From contig CAZBPG010000001.1 in assembly GCA_964493695.1 (NCBI GenBank), positions 71,645-135,644 on the forward strand: a DNA stretch of 64,000 nt, in the 5' to 3' direction. The DNA is from an uncultured Chitinophaga sp. (GTDB lineage: Bacteria > Bacteroidota > Bacteroidia > Chitinophagales > LD1). Every line of letters begins with the position of its first letter. Within the stretch, counting starts at the first letter, position 1. The notes under the pieces are model-generated. The model searched no databases. It saw only the letters and a program-made list of their open reading frames with translations, and had not been told where the DNA came from. Positions 44,624 through 53,082 of the stretch are shown in pieces. Made by a program: the position numbers and the translations under genes.

Positions 44624-45598
44624 TTAAATCTTCCTCTCAATCGTAAACTCAATCAACTGCTCTACCGATTTTCGCGACTCACTTTCCGGAAACTCATACA
44701 ACAACTTCAATGCTTCATCGCGGTATTCTTCCATCTTCTTTTTCGCGTAATCCATTCCTCCGTTCTGCCGCACCAAATCAATCACCCAGCGCACCTTCTC
44801 CGTATTCTGGTTTTCGTTCTTAACCACGTTAGTTATTCTACGTTTCGTCAACCAATCCACTTTGTTCAAAGTATAAATCAGCGGTAGCGTCATCTTCCGT
44901 TCCTTAATATCAATGCCGCGCGGCTTGCCTATTTCGGCTTCTTCGTAATCAAACAAATCATCCTTAATCTGAAACGCGATTCCTATTTTCTCTCCCATCA
45001 GCTTCACCCGAGCAATCTTGTCTGCATCTTTCGTAGTAGTCGAAGCCCCGCAGGCACAGGCCGATGCAATAAGCGAAGCGGTTTTGCCTTTTATTATCTC
45101 AAAATAAATATCCTCCCGTATATCGAGCCGTCTTGCTTTTTCTAATTGCAGCAATTCACCTTCGCTCATTTCGCGGATGGTATTCGAAAGTATTTCCAGC
45201 AGTTGATATTGCTTGTGCTCTATCGAAACCAAAAGCCCCTTCGACAACAGATAATCACCCACCAGCACCGCAATTTTATTTTTCCAAAGCGCGTTGATAG
45301 AAAAAAATCCTCTGCGCTGATACGAATCATCCACCACATCATCGTGCACCAGTGTTGCCGTGTGCAATATCTCCACCAGCGATGCCGCCACATAAGTAGC
45401 TTCATTCAACTCACCGCAAAGCCGTGCCGAAAGAAAAACAAACATCGGGCGCATCTGCTTGCCCTTGCGCGTAACTATATAATGGGTAATGCGGTCGAGC
45501 AGGGGCGCCTTGCTTTTCATGCTCTCGCGAAAGCGCACTTCAAACTCATCCAGTTCCTTGGCAATTGGCTTTTTTATGTCTTCCAGTTTCAGCGGCAT
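44624..45598 (-). CDS. Polyprenyl diphosphate synthase (IspB-like, long-chain)
   Basis: It has both DDxxD motifs (LVHDDVVDD, IKDDLFD). The start is moved to the Met at MPLKLEDIKKP, because the upstream 34 codons read through a repeat element. Confidence 0.9.
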   Translation of the reverse strand: MPLKLEDIKKPIAKELDEFEVRFRESMKSKAPLLDRITHYIVTRKGKQMRPMFVFLSARLCGELNEATYVAASLVEILHTATLVHDDVVDDSYQRRGFFSINALWKNKIAVLVGDYLLSKGLLVSIEHKQYQLLEILSNTIREMSEGELLQLEKARRLDIREDIYFEIIKGKTASLIASACACGASTTTKDADKIARVKLMGEKIGIAFQIKDDLFDYEEAEIGKPRGIDIKERKMTLPLIYTLNKVDWLTKRRITNVVKNENQNTEKVRWVIDLVRQNGGMDYAKKKMEEYRDEALKLLYEFPESESRKSVEQLIEFTIERKI

Positions 45599-45698
45599 AA
45601 TTTGAGCGAATGTAAAAGTTAAAAGCAAAAGGCATGGGCACGCAGAGGTCACGGAGGAAACAGATTTACACCGGTTCAAAATCCATTTTAATCTGCCC

Positions 45699-45715
45699 AA
45701 TCCGTGTTATCCGTG
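45699..45715. repeat. (ATCCGTG)x2 at 9-bp period in the ispB-like / PBP-like divergent region
   Basis: aatccgtg ttatccgtg. Related to the 44590 motif. Confidence 0.7.
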
Positions 45716-45744
45716 TGCCATTGTATTTTATGTTTGCATTCTTC

Positions 45745-46614
45745 ATGAACAACGAAATAAAAATTGGCGGAGTAACCGAGCACTTCAACCTGCCTTGGAA
45801 CTTAGCCGCAGAGCAAAATAAATTTTCCCAAGCCGGAGCAGATTTAAACTGGAAATTCTTTCCCGGTGGCACCGGTGTAATGACCGAAGCCCTCCGCACC
45901 GGTGAGCTTGACCTTGCCATTCTCCTCACCGAAGGTTTTATCTCAGCCGCTTCTAAAGGACTCAAAGCAAAAATTGTAAAAGAGTATATCACCTCCCCGC
46001 TCGGCTGGGGCATCTTTACCGGTGCCAAATCGCAGTTCTATTCCGTGTATAACCGGTTGCCTAAAAAATATGCTATCAGCAAACCCGGCTCCGGTTCGCA
46101 CCTCATGGCCATGATACATGCCGAGCAGCGCGGAGAAAAAATTAATCCTGCAGACCTCATCGAAGTGCGCAGTATTGACGGGGCTATCGAATCGCTCACC
46201 AACAACGAAACCCAGATTTTCTATTGGGAAAAATACATGACCAAAGCCCATGTAGAAAACGGCACCGTGCGCACCATTGGCGAGTTCAGCGCACCCTGGA
46301 GCAGCATGCTCATCATCGCCAGCGACCTTGCCCTGCAAACAAAACGCAGCGCCATACAAAAAGTGCTCGAAGTAATCAACCGCGAAAGCGCGGCTTTTGT
46401 TGCCTCGCCACAATCCGTGCAGCTGCTCGGCCAAAGGTTCAACCTCAGCCAGGCCGATGCCTACACCTGGCTGCTCTCCACCGTCTGGAGCTCTGACTAC
46501 TCCGTGCGCCTCCTCGGCCTCGAAAACGCTAAACAGGCATTAATAAAAATCGGCAGTGCCAGTGCCGATTTGAATATGGAGGAGTTGTGTGATGAGGGAG
46601 TGACGCTCGTTTAA
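45745..46614 (+). CDS. Periplasmic-binding-protein-fold (NMT1/THI5- or MqnA-like) protein without signal peptide
   Basis: About 290 aa, starting MNNEIKIGGVTEHFNLPW. The type-2 PBP-like pattern and the start choice are both uncertain. Confidence 0.45.
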   Translation: MNNEIKIGGVTEHFNLPWNLAAEQNKFSQAGADLNWKFFPGGTGVMTEALRTGELDLAILLTEGFISAASKGLKAKIVKEYITSPLGWGIFTGAKSQFYSVYNRLPKKYAISKPGSGSHLMAMIHAEQRGEKINPADLIEVRSIDGAIESLTNNETQIFYWEKYMTKAHVENGTVRTIGEFSAPWSSMLIIASDLALQTKRSAIQKVLEVINRESAAFVASPQSVQLLGQRFNLSQADAYTWLLSTVWSSDYSVRLLGLENAKQALIKIGSASADLNMEELCDEGVTLV

Positions 46615-46780
46615 GCGGAAAGATTTTTTCTTACAGCATACAGATTCCCAATGCGGGAATGTGATTACCTTAAAACAGATTGCGAATAGAGGAAGGCGAA
46701 TTGCGCTTGGGGGATGATTTATTTGGAATAGGACAAGGCGAAAGAGAGTTGCACTGAGACTCAACCTTATTTGCGCCATC

Positions 46781-47010
46781 TATAACATGGTTTACTAAAA
46801 TATAGCGTTTTGGCTAATTAATTAAACCATTTAATTAAATGTTCAACTATTTAAGTTATACTATAAAATATTGTGATTAATATTTAAACAATATAAATTA
46901 ATCCGTTTTATACATTACTTTATTATACCAACAATTTTATTTAAAGTTTTAATAGTTGTAATTATTCGTTTAATTATTTATTTTAGTCGTTAAAACCAAT
47001 TTATTAATTT
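46781..47010. other. Extremely AT-rich 230-bp tract upstream of the 159-aa orphan ORF
   Basis: Runs of ttaattaa/atttaa-type sequence with very few G or C, visibly unlike the flanking DNA. Confidence 0.8.
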
Positions 47011-47490
47011 ATGAGGAACAGAGTTGATGCCACGCTTAGTCCTGCCGATATTCAGAACCTTAAAGATGCTTTTGAAACCATTAAGAACAAAATTGGATTC
47101 CGTCAAACCCTGATTGATAAAGAAAGGCGCAAGGGCGGTTGGTATTTAAGTTCCAATGCTTTGCTTTTGGCTGAGCTTGCCCTGAGCCAGGCGAAACACG
47201 CACCGGCTAATTTTCCGAAAATAGACGCGGCAGAGTTTGAGCGCGATGTAAAGCTGATTAAGGAGCTGGCCAATCTTGAATCGCAGGTGCTTAATCTTCA
47301 ATATATGCTGAAAGACACCCGCAGGATGCTTACGGTAGATACCACTGAGCAGTGCTCGTATGTGTATGCCATGCTTAAAATATTTTACGAGCAGGGCATA
47401 CCGGGCGGTGAGGCTTTTCCTACGCTTAAAGAACGTATGCCGCGCTCCGGCAAAAAAGCAACCCCTAAAAAAACCAATACGCTTACTTAA
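47011..47490 (+). CDS. Hypothetical protein (159 aa) downstream of an extremely AT-rich tract
   Basis: Clean ATG ORF, helical, with a basic tail. It resembles an uncharacterised small-protein family I believe is common in Bacteroidota. It overlaps the convergent TauE gene by 8 nt. Confidence 0.5.
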   Translation: MRNRVDATLSPADIQNLKDAFETIKNKIGFRQTLIDKERRKGGWYLSSNALLLAELALSQAKHAPANFPKIDAAEFERDVKLIKELANLESQVLNLQYMLKDTRRMLTVDTTEQCSYVYAMLKIFYEQGIPGGEAFPTLKERMPRSGKKATPKKTNTLT

Positions 47491-48235
47491 AGAACCAAAC
47501 ATACACGGTAAGCGAAAGAATGAGGCCGACCATAATTCGCTTCATCCATACTTCGTCCACCGTTACACTCCACCGGCTGGTAAGCCAGCCGCCCAGCGAG
47601 GTGCCCGCACTCATCACCAGTCCGTAATACCAGCTAATGTTTCCCTTCCAGATAAAAATGGCGAGAGCCGCTATGGTGTAAATGAGCGTTATAAAAACTT
47701 TGTAATAGTTTGTTTTGCTGATGTTGAACCGGTGAAGTAAAAGAGCCGGAGCCATCAGAAAAAAACCGGAACCGGCCTGTATAAACCCTCCGTAAATACC
47801 AATAAAGAAATAAAGAAGCAGTCCGGTGAGCTTGTGTTTTAATTCCACCCGCTCTTCTGCCACACCGGTTGCCTTCAGCGGGTTGATGAGCGTGATAACA
47901 AGAAAAAGAAGCATCACCCCTGCCAGTATTTTATTAAATACATCGGCAGGAATTTTTACCGCCCACAAAGCCCCTATAACTGCTCCGGGCACACAGGCAG
48001 CTGCGAGCCACCATTTGTAAGCATCGCCCTTAACGCCTTTGCTTTCAAAACCTCTGGCCGAAAAAAAACTTTGAAAAATAATCGGTATCCGGTTAGTGGC
48101 GTTGGCTTCTACCGAACTAAGGCCGCAGAACATGAAAGCCGAAAGCGAAACCAGCGAACCGGCAGCCGAAATGGTATTGATAAACGCTACCGCAATACCG
48201 GCCACAAAAAGAATAAGCAGATGAATAATTTCCAC
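47483..48235 (-). CDS. TauE/SafE-family sulfite/anion exporter
   Basis: About 250 aa, 7-8 TM, with duplicated TauE halves. The start is moved to GTG at 48235 (MEIIHLLILF), because the ORF-track N-terminus reads through a palindromic repeat. Confidence 0.8.
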   Translation of the reverse strand: MEIIHLLILFVAGIAVAFINTISAAGSLVSLSAFMFCGLSSVEANATNRIPIIFQSFFSARGFESKGVKGDAYKWWLAAACVPGAVIGALWAVKIPADVFNKILAGVMLLFLVITLINPLKATGVAEERVELKHKLTGLLLYFFIGIYGGFIQAGSGFFLMAPALLLHRFNISKTNYYKVFITLIYTIAALAIFIWKGNISWYYGLVMSAGTSLGGWLTSRWSVTVDEVWMKRIMVGLILSLTVYVWFFK

Positions 48236-48247
48236 TCGGCAATATAA

Positions 48248-48324
48248 GAGAAGGGACGAAGGACGAGGGCGAGGGAAGAGGATACGGCTGCTACCCTCGT
48301 CACCCGTCCCTCGCTCTCGTCCCT
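48248..48324. repeat. Two-armed heptamer palindrome (GAGGGAC-type / CCCTCGY-type) in a divergent intergenic region
   Basis: gagaagggacgaaggacgagggcgagggaagagg ... ccctcgtcacccgtccctcgctctcgtccct. The arms are imperfectly complementary. Confidence 0.85.
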
Positions 48325-48401
48325 TTTTCAATTAGACAATATTTCTAAACGTGTTGAGAGCAACGAACCCCTGCTCAATTCAATTCTTATTTTTGACCGG
48401 T

Positions 48402-49073
48402 ATGCAAAAAACAGCGTTAGTAATTGGTGCCACCGGCCTGGTGGGCGAACAGTGTTTGAATGAACTGCTTAATTCTGTTGCATACGGAAAAGTAATTGCG
48501 CTTAGCCGTACAAAAATTAATAGTAAGAAAGCCAAGTTGCACAACATTGTTACCGATTTTGAAAACCTCGAAAGCCTCCGCGAACAATTAAAAGCAGATG
48601 ATGTTTTTTGCGCTATGGGCACCACTATTGCAAAGGCGGGAAGCCAGGCTGCTTTCCGGAAAGTAGATTATGAAATTCCGTTGAAGGTAGCGGAACTTGC
48701 CCGGCAGAACGGTGCGAAAAAATTCATTCTTGTTTCATCGTTAGGTGCAGATGCCGGCTCGCGTGTGTTTTACAGCAAAGTAAAAGGCGAACTGGAAGAA
48801 GCGGTAAAAAAACTGCGATACGACTGGTTAATTATTTTCCGCCCCTCCATTCTGCTTGGCGACCGCAAAGAAAAACGAACCGGTGAAGCTATCGGACGTT
48901 TTGCAGCAGAAAAACTTTCGTTTCTGTTTGCAGGTCCTCTTAAAAAATACAAAGGCACACCGGTTTACCTGCTTGGCAGGCTTATGGTAAAAATTGCACA
49001 GGAAGTTTTGCCTTCCACTTTAGAAAAAATACCGGTGGTGCGGATTATTGAAAACGAAGAGATTTTGAAGTGA
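48402..49073 (+). CDS. NAD(P)-binding Rossmann-fold oxidoreductase (HTATIP2/YbjT-like)
   Basis: It has a GATGLVG dinucleotide-binding motif right after the chosen Met (MQKTALVIGATGLVG). Confidence 0.75.
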   Translation: MQKTALVIGATGLVGEQCLNELLNSVAYGKVIALSRTKINSKKAKLHNIVTDFENLESLREQLKADDVFCAMGTTIAKAGSQAAFRKVDYEIPLKVAELARQNGAKKFILVSSLGADAGSRVFYSKVKGELEEAVKKLRYDWLIIFRPSILLGDRKEKRTGEAIGRFAAEKLSFLFAGPLKKYKGTPVYLLGRLMVKIAQEVLPSTLEKIPVVRIIENEEILK

Positions 49074-51043
49074 TGAGAGAACGACCATCGACCATTGACC
49101 ATCGGCAAGGCAAACAAGTAAATTTTGCACGCCCGGCAAGGGCGGGTGTTATTTTTATATGGTTAATCGTCTTTGGTCAGTCGTCCTTTGCTCAGCCTAA
49201 AGAAACTCCGCTCATTACGTTCCGCCAAAAACTGCTCCGCGAAAAGCATAACGATAACGTGGAGAAAATAGATTCGTTTGCTAAGCTTCACTTAATGATT
49301 GCCGGCAACATCTACCAAACCGAAAAACATGCGGCTTACGCGTATGATAAAGCCACCGGTAAATACGATTACAAAAGCGAGTTAAAATACATCCAGCCGA
49401 TACTCAACCTGGGCGATGTTACCATTGCCAATCTCAAAACCTCTTTCAGCAACAGCACAAAAAACATGTTCTCCTCGCCCGATGAATTCGGGCTGGCACT
49501 GAAATATTCCGGAGTAAATGTGGCGCTCCATGCCAACGTGCATACTGCCAACATCAGCAAGGCCAATTTAAAACGCACACACGAAGTGCTTGATGGATAT
49601 GATGTTTATCACACCGGTGCTTTCATGGATAACATTCAGCGCAACGGCAACTATCCGCTTATCGTCAACAAAAAGGGTTTTCGGATTGCCGTGCTCAATT
49701 ACACCAACCTCACTTCGCGCCCTTCCGTTTCGCGCGATTTTGTCATCAACGAAATTGACAAAACCACTATTGATAAGGATATGCGCCTCACACACGCCTA
49801 CAAACCGGATTTTACCATCGTTTATTTCGACTGGGGCGCGAACATGCAGGACATTCCCTCCTATGCTCAACAGGAATTGGCGCAATACGTTTTTCAAGCT
49901 GGAGCCAACTTAGTGGTGGGCACACACCCCAATACCCCGATGCGCATTGATATGATGAACTACAGTTATAATGGCGAACTGCGCGAGGGCATCATTGCTT
50001 ATTCTCTCGGAAACCTCATCAGCAGCAACGAAGAAATACGCAACCGCAACGGCTATGTGATTGATATGGAGATTCAGAAAAACAATTTTACCACCGAAAC
50101 CCGTGTAAGCGATTGGGGGGTGATACCCGTTTATAATTATTACGATACTACTTCCGTACGCGGAAAAACCAGCCTGTTCGTTGTGCCTTGCGCTAACGTA
50201 GAAAGCGGAGATATTTTGCCCAACCTCGCATACATTGAAAAGCGAAGGGCAGTGAATAGTGCGTATGAAGTGCGAAAACTGCTGGGCAACGTAGCCGATG
50301 AAATTCAATACAACCTGAACGAACTGATTGTAAACAATGTGGAGGAAAGCATAAATATTACCAATGCTTCGCTTAACAACAAATACAATCCAAAGCGCGA
50401 AGAAGAAGTAAGCCCAAGCGATGCACCCGAACTGCCGGTAGCAACTACCGGCTCTGATAATCCCCCTTCACTGGCATTGCTTTACGAACAACCTGCAGAA
50501 ACAAAAACCACCACACCGGTTGTTACAAAAGCGGAAAAGAAAAGCGAAAAAGAAACCTCGTATTTAACTCAACGGAAAAAAGCAGAGGCGGTTATGGAAG
50601 CGCCAATAATTCCCAAAGAGCCGGTTGCTGAAATTTCAACGGAAAAAGTTTCGGAAAGCGATAACCCAAAAGAGGAAGTGTTAAACCCGAAAGCAAGCAG
50701 TGTGGAAGTTTCTTCGCATGAGGCAACAAAAATTTCCACCGGTGCAAATGGCGGCCTCACAGGAAATGTAGAAATGACCAAGGCAAAAAATTTGGAGTTA
50801 CAGGTTGATACGTTTTACCGCATTCAGTTCTATGCGCTTAAAACTTTTATCCCGCTGGATACTAATTACTATACCCACCTGAAAGGTTACGAGGTGCGGG
50901 TAGAAGAGGGTTTATATAAATACATGCTGGGCATGTACAGAAGTTTTAAGGAGTGTGAAACATACTGGAAAAGCCAGATACAGCCGCGCTACAAACAAAG
51001 CTTTATAGTTAAATTTATCGATGGAAAAAGAGTGGTAAGATGA
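49073..51043 (+). CDS. CapA-family (PGA_cap metallophosphatase-like) protein fused to a C-terminal SPOR domain
   Basis: About 656 aa. The CapA-like region spans roughly residues 60-400, followed by a low-complexity Pro/Glu/Lys linker and a SPOR-like end (FYRIQFYALK...YKYMLGMYRSFKECE). Confidence 0.7.
   Translation: MRERPSTIDHRQGKQVNFARPARAGVIFIWLIVFGQSSFAQPKETPLITFRQKLLREKHNDNVEKIDSFAKLHLMIAGNIYQTEKHAAYAYDKATGKYDYKSELKYIQPILNLGDVTIANLKTSFSNSTKNMFSSPDEFGLALKYSGVNVALHANVHTANISKANLKRTHEVLDGYDVYHTGAFMDNIQRNGNYPLIVNKKGFRIAVLNYTNLTSRPSVSRDFVINEIDKTTIDKDMRLTHAYKPDFTIVYFDWGANMQDIPSYAQQELAQYVFQAGANLVVGTHPNTPMRIDMMNYSYNGELREGIIAYSLGNLISSNEEIRNRNGYVIDMEIQKNNFTTETRVSDWGVIPVYNYYDTTSVRGKTSLFVVPCANVESGDILPNLAYIEKRRAVNSAYEVRKLLGNVADEIQYNLNELIVNNVEESINITNASLNNKYNPKREEEVSPSDAPELPVATTGSDNPPSLALLYEQPAETKTTTPVVTKAEKKSEKETSYLTQRKKAEAVMEAPIIPKEPVAEISTEKVSESDNPKEEVLNPKASSVEVSSHEATKISTGANGGLTGNVEMTKAKNLELQVDTFYRIQFYALKTFIPLDTNYYTHLKGYEVRVEEGLYKYMLGMYRSFKECETYWKSQIQPRYKQSFIVKFIDGKRVVR
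49082..49186. repeat. Two-armed heptamer element at the start of the CapA-SPOR gene
   Basis: (CGACCAT)x3 at 49082-49104. The second arm atggtta atcgtct ttggtca gtcgtcc at 49159-49186 is about 5-6/7 complementary per unit. Confidence 0.7.
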
Positions 51044-51756
51044 ACCTTGCTGTTGACATCGGAAACACACAGGTAAAATTCGGCTTGTTCGAAAAGGACG
51101 AAGCGGTTGAATTTGGCTTTGGCGAAACTGCGCTGAAAGAACTTCTTTCCCGTCACAAGATTGATAATGCTATTCTTTCTAAAACCGGTTCAAACGATAG
51201 TATAGAGCGCAAACTGAACGGGGAAAATATCCGCACCTTTTTTCTTTCCACCGGGCTAAAGCTTCCGGTAAAAATTCTTTACAAAACACCTGAAACACTC
51301 GGGGCAGACCGGATTGCCGGAAGCACAGCTGCCTGTTTTCTATACCCTGAAAAAAATGTGCTGAAAATTGATTTCGGCACTTGTATCACTTACGATTTTG
51401 TAAACGAAAAGGCGGAATATCTCGGGGGCTCTATTGCCCCTGGCATGATGATGCGGTTTAAATCGCTGCACAATTACACGGCTAAACTGCCTTTAGTTGA
51501 TCCTATGCAGTTTACTTCTTTCGAGTTAACCGGCACCGACACCTCCACTTCCATTTTAAGCGGGGTGGTGAACGGAATAAAAGAAGAGGTGGCCGGCATA
51601 ATAAAAGAATACGAATTGCGTTTTGGAAACCTCACAGTTGTAGCTACCGGTGGCGATGCCCTCTTATTTGTTACTCTGCTCAAATGTGAGATATTTGCCC
51701 GCCCTAATTTAGTGCTGGAGGGTTTGAACCGTATTTTGAATTACAATCTCGAATGA
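51040..51756 (+). CDS. coaX: Type III pantothenate kinase
   Basis: 238 aa. The motifs MNLAVDIGNT, GADR and GTC...D are typical of CoaX. Confidence 0.9.
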   Translation: MNLAVDIGNTQVKFGLFEKDEAVEFGFGETALKELLSRHKIDNAILSKTGSNDSIERKLNGENIRTFFLSTGLKLPVKILYKTPETLGADRIAGSTAACFLYPEKNVLKIDFGTCITYDFVNEKAEYLGGSIAPGMMMRFKSLHNYTAKLPLVDPMQFTSFELTGTDTSTSILSGVVNGIKEEVAGIIKEYELRFGNLTVVATGGDALLFVTLLKCEIFARPNLVLEGLNRILNYNLE

Positions 51757-53081
51757 AAAAACAAGTTGGCAGTTGGCAGTTAGCGGTTGGCAGAGTAATC
51801 GCCCTTGTTGTGTGTCTTTTGCTGCTCGATAGTCAACTCTCAATAGGCCAGGCATCTTCTCCATATTCCCGGTTTGGCCTGGGCTATATTCACTCTCCGG
51901 TTTTTTCGGGCAATAAAGCCATGGGCGAGGTGGCAGCCCCTTACGCCAGCGGAGCAAACATCAATTTCGCCAATCCGGCTTCGTATGCTTCGCTTACGCG
52001 CACTACTATCGAAATTGGAATGAATGTAGAAGGCGCAAAAATCTATGCGCGGGATTCCAACTACACCGCTACACAGGCAGGCATTAACCATTTTGCGCTG
52101 GCTTTTGTGCCTGCGCCTAAGCGAAATAACTATGCTATCAGCATCGGCTTGCTTCCTTACTCGCACATCAACTATACCTTCATTCAGAATTTTAATGACT
52201 CTGCACTTGGCCCGTTTCGTCAGATATACGGTGGCAAGGGTTCTTTGTACCAGGTGTATGCAGGCGGTGCTTATAAAGTGAAAGGTTTTTCTATCGGTGC
52301 AAATCTCGGATTCCTCTTCGGTAAGTTAGATTATCAAAAGACCATCACTTTCCCTGATTCGCTTTATGCAAACACCACGCGTAACATCACCAGCATGAAT
52401 GTGAAAAGTTTTGTTTACACGGTTGGCGTACAATATCAGCGGCTGATTTTTCACAGCAGTAACGACCCCGATGCGCGGACAGATATCTTCATGACTCTGG
52501 GGGCTTATGGTTCGGGCGGAATGAAAATGCAGGCAAAACTTTCCAACTATTGGGACCGGTACACTATTGACCCTCTGCTGGGAGTTCTGGCAGATACGGT
52601 AGCGGCTAATTTCAATCAAAAAGCAAGCGTGAATCTTCCATTTAACATCGGGGCCGGTGTAATGTTCGGCAACGAACGCTACTGGATGCTGGGAACCGAC
52701 TTCAAGTTTATGAACTGGGAAAAGTATTCTTCTCCGTTGAACAACGGCAATTTGAGCAATAGCTGGAGAATTTCGTTTGGCGGACAGATAACACCGAAGT
52801 TTGATGAAGTAGACAAGAAAAAGTATTTAAGCAAAGTGCAGTACCGTGCCGGAGTTTATTATGGCAAAAGCGAAGTTAATTTCAATGGAAACCAGTTGAG
52901 TGAAGTGGGCGGAACTATAGGATTAGGATTTCCGTTTAAATCAGTGGCCCGCTTAAACCTTACCGGTGATTTTGGTTCGCGTGGCGGAAGCGATAAAACA
53001 ACTATCCGCGAAACCTATTATCGCATTACCTTCGGCTTTGTGTTAAACGATATCTGGTTTATCAAACGCAAATTCGATTAA
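51753..53081 (+). CDS. Outer membrane beta-barrel protein of unknown function (conserved coaX-lptC neighbourhood)
   Basis: 442 aa with a signal-like N-terminus, Gly/aromatic-rich beta-strand periodicity and a C-terminal KRKFD. Confidence 0.5.
   Translation: MKKQVGSWQLAVGRVIALVVCLLLLDSQLSIGQASSPYSRFGLGYIHSPVFSGNKAMGEVAAPYASGANINFANPASYASLTRTTIEIGMNVEGAKIYARDSNYTATQAGINHFALAFVPAPKRNNYAISIGLLPYSHINYTFIQNFNDSALGPFRQIYGGKGSLYQVYAGGAYKVKGFSIGANLGFLFGKLDYQKTITFPDSLYANTTRNITSMNVKSFVYTVGVQYQRLIFHSSNDPDARTDIFMTLGAYGSGGMKMQAKLSNYWDRYTIDPLLGVLADTVAANFNQKASVNLPFNIGAGVMFGNERYWMLGTDFKFMNWEKYSSPLNNGNLSNSWRISFGGQITPKFDEVDKKKYLSKVQYRAGVYYGKSEVNFNGNQLSEVGGTIGLGFPFKSVARLNLTGDFGSRGGSDKTTIRETYYRITFGFVLNDIWFIKRKFD
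51765..51792. repeat. Tandem heptamer (GTTGGCA)x4 at the coaX / OMP gene junction
   Basis: gttggca gttggca gttagcg gttggca, translated as VGSWQLAVGR. Confidence 0.9.
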
Positions 53082-53082
53082 G

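Noticed and set aside
45599-45744. Overlapping N-terminal extensions of the divergent ispB-like (to 45700) and PBP-like (from 45634) ORFs
   Set aside because: Both extensions read through repeat elements (CTTTTGC-like and ATCCGTG motifs). Internal Met codons give canonical N-termini, and the two extended ORFs would overlap each other head-to-head.
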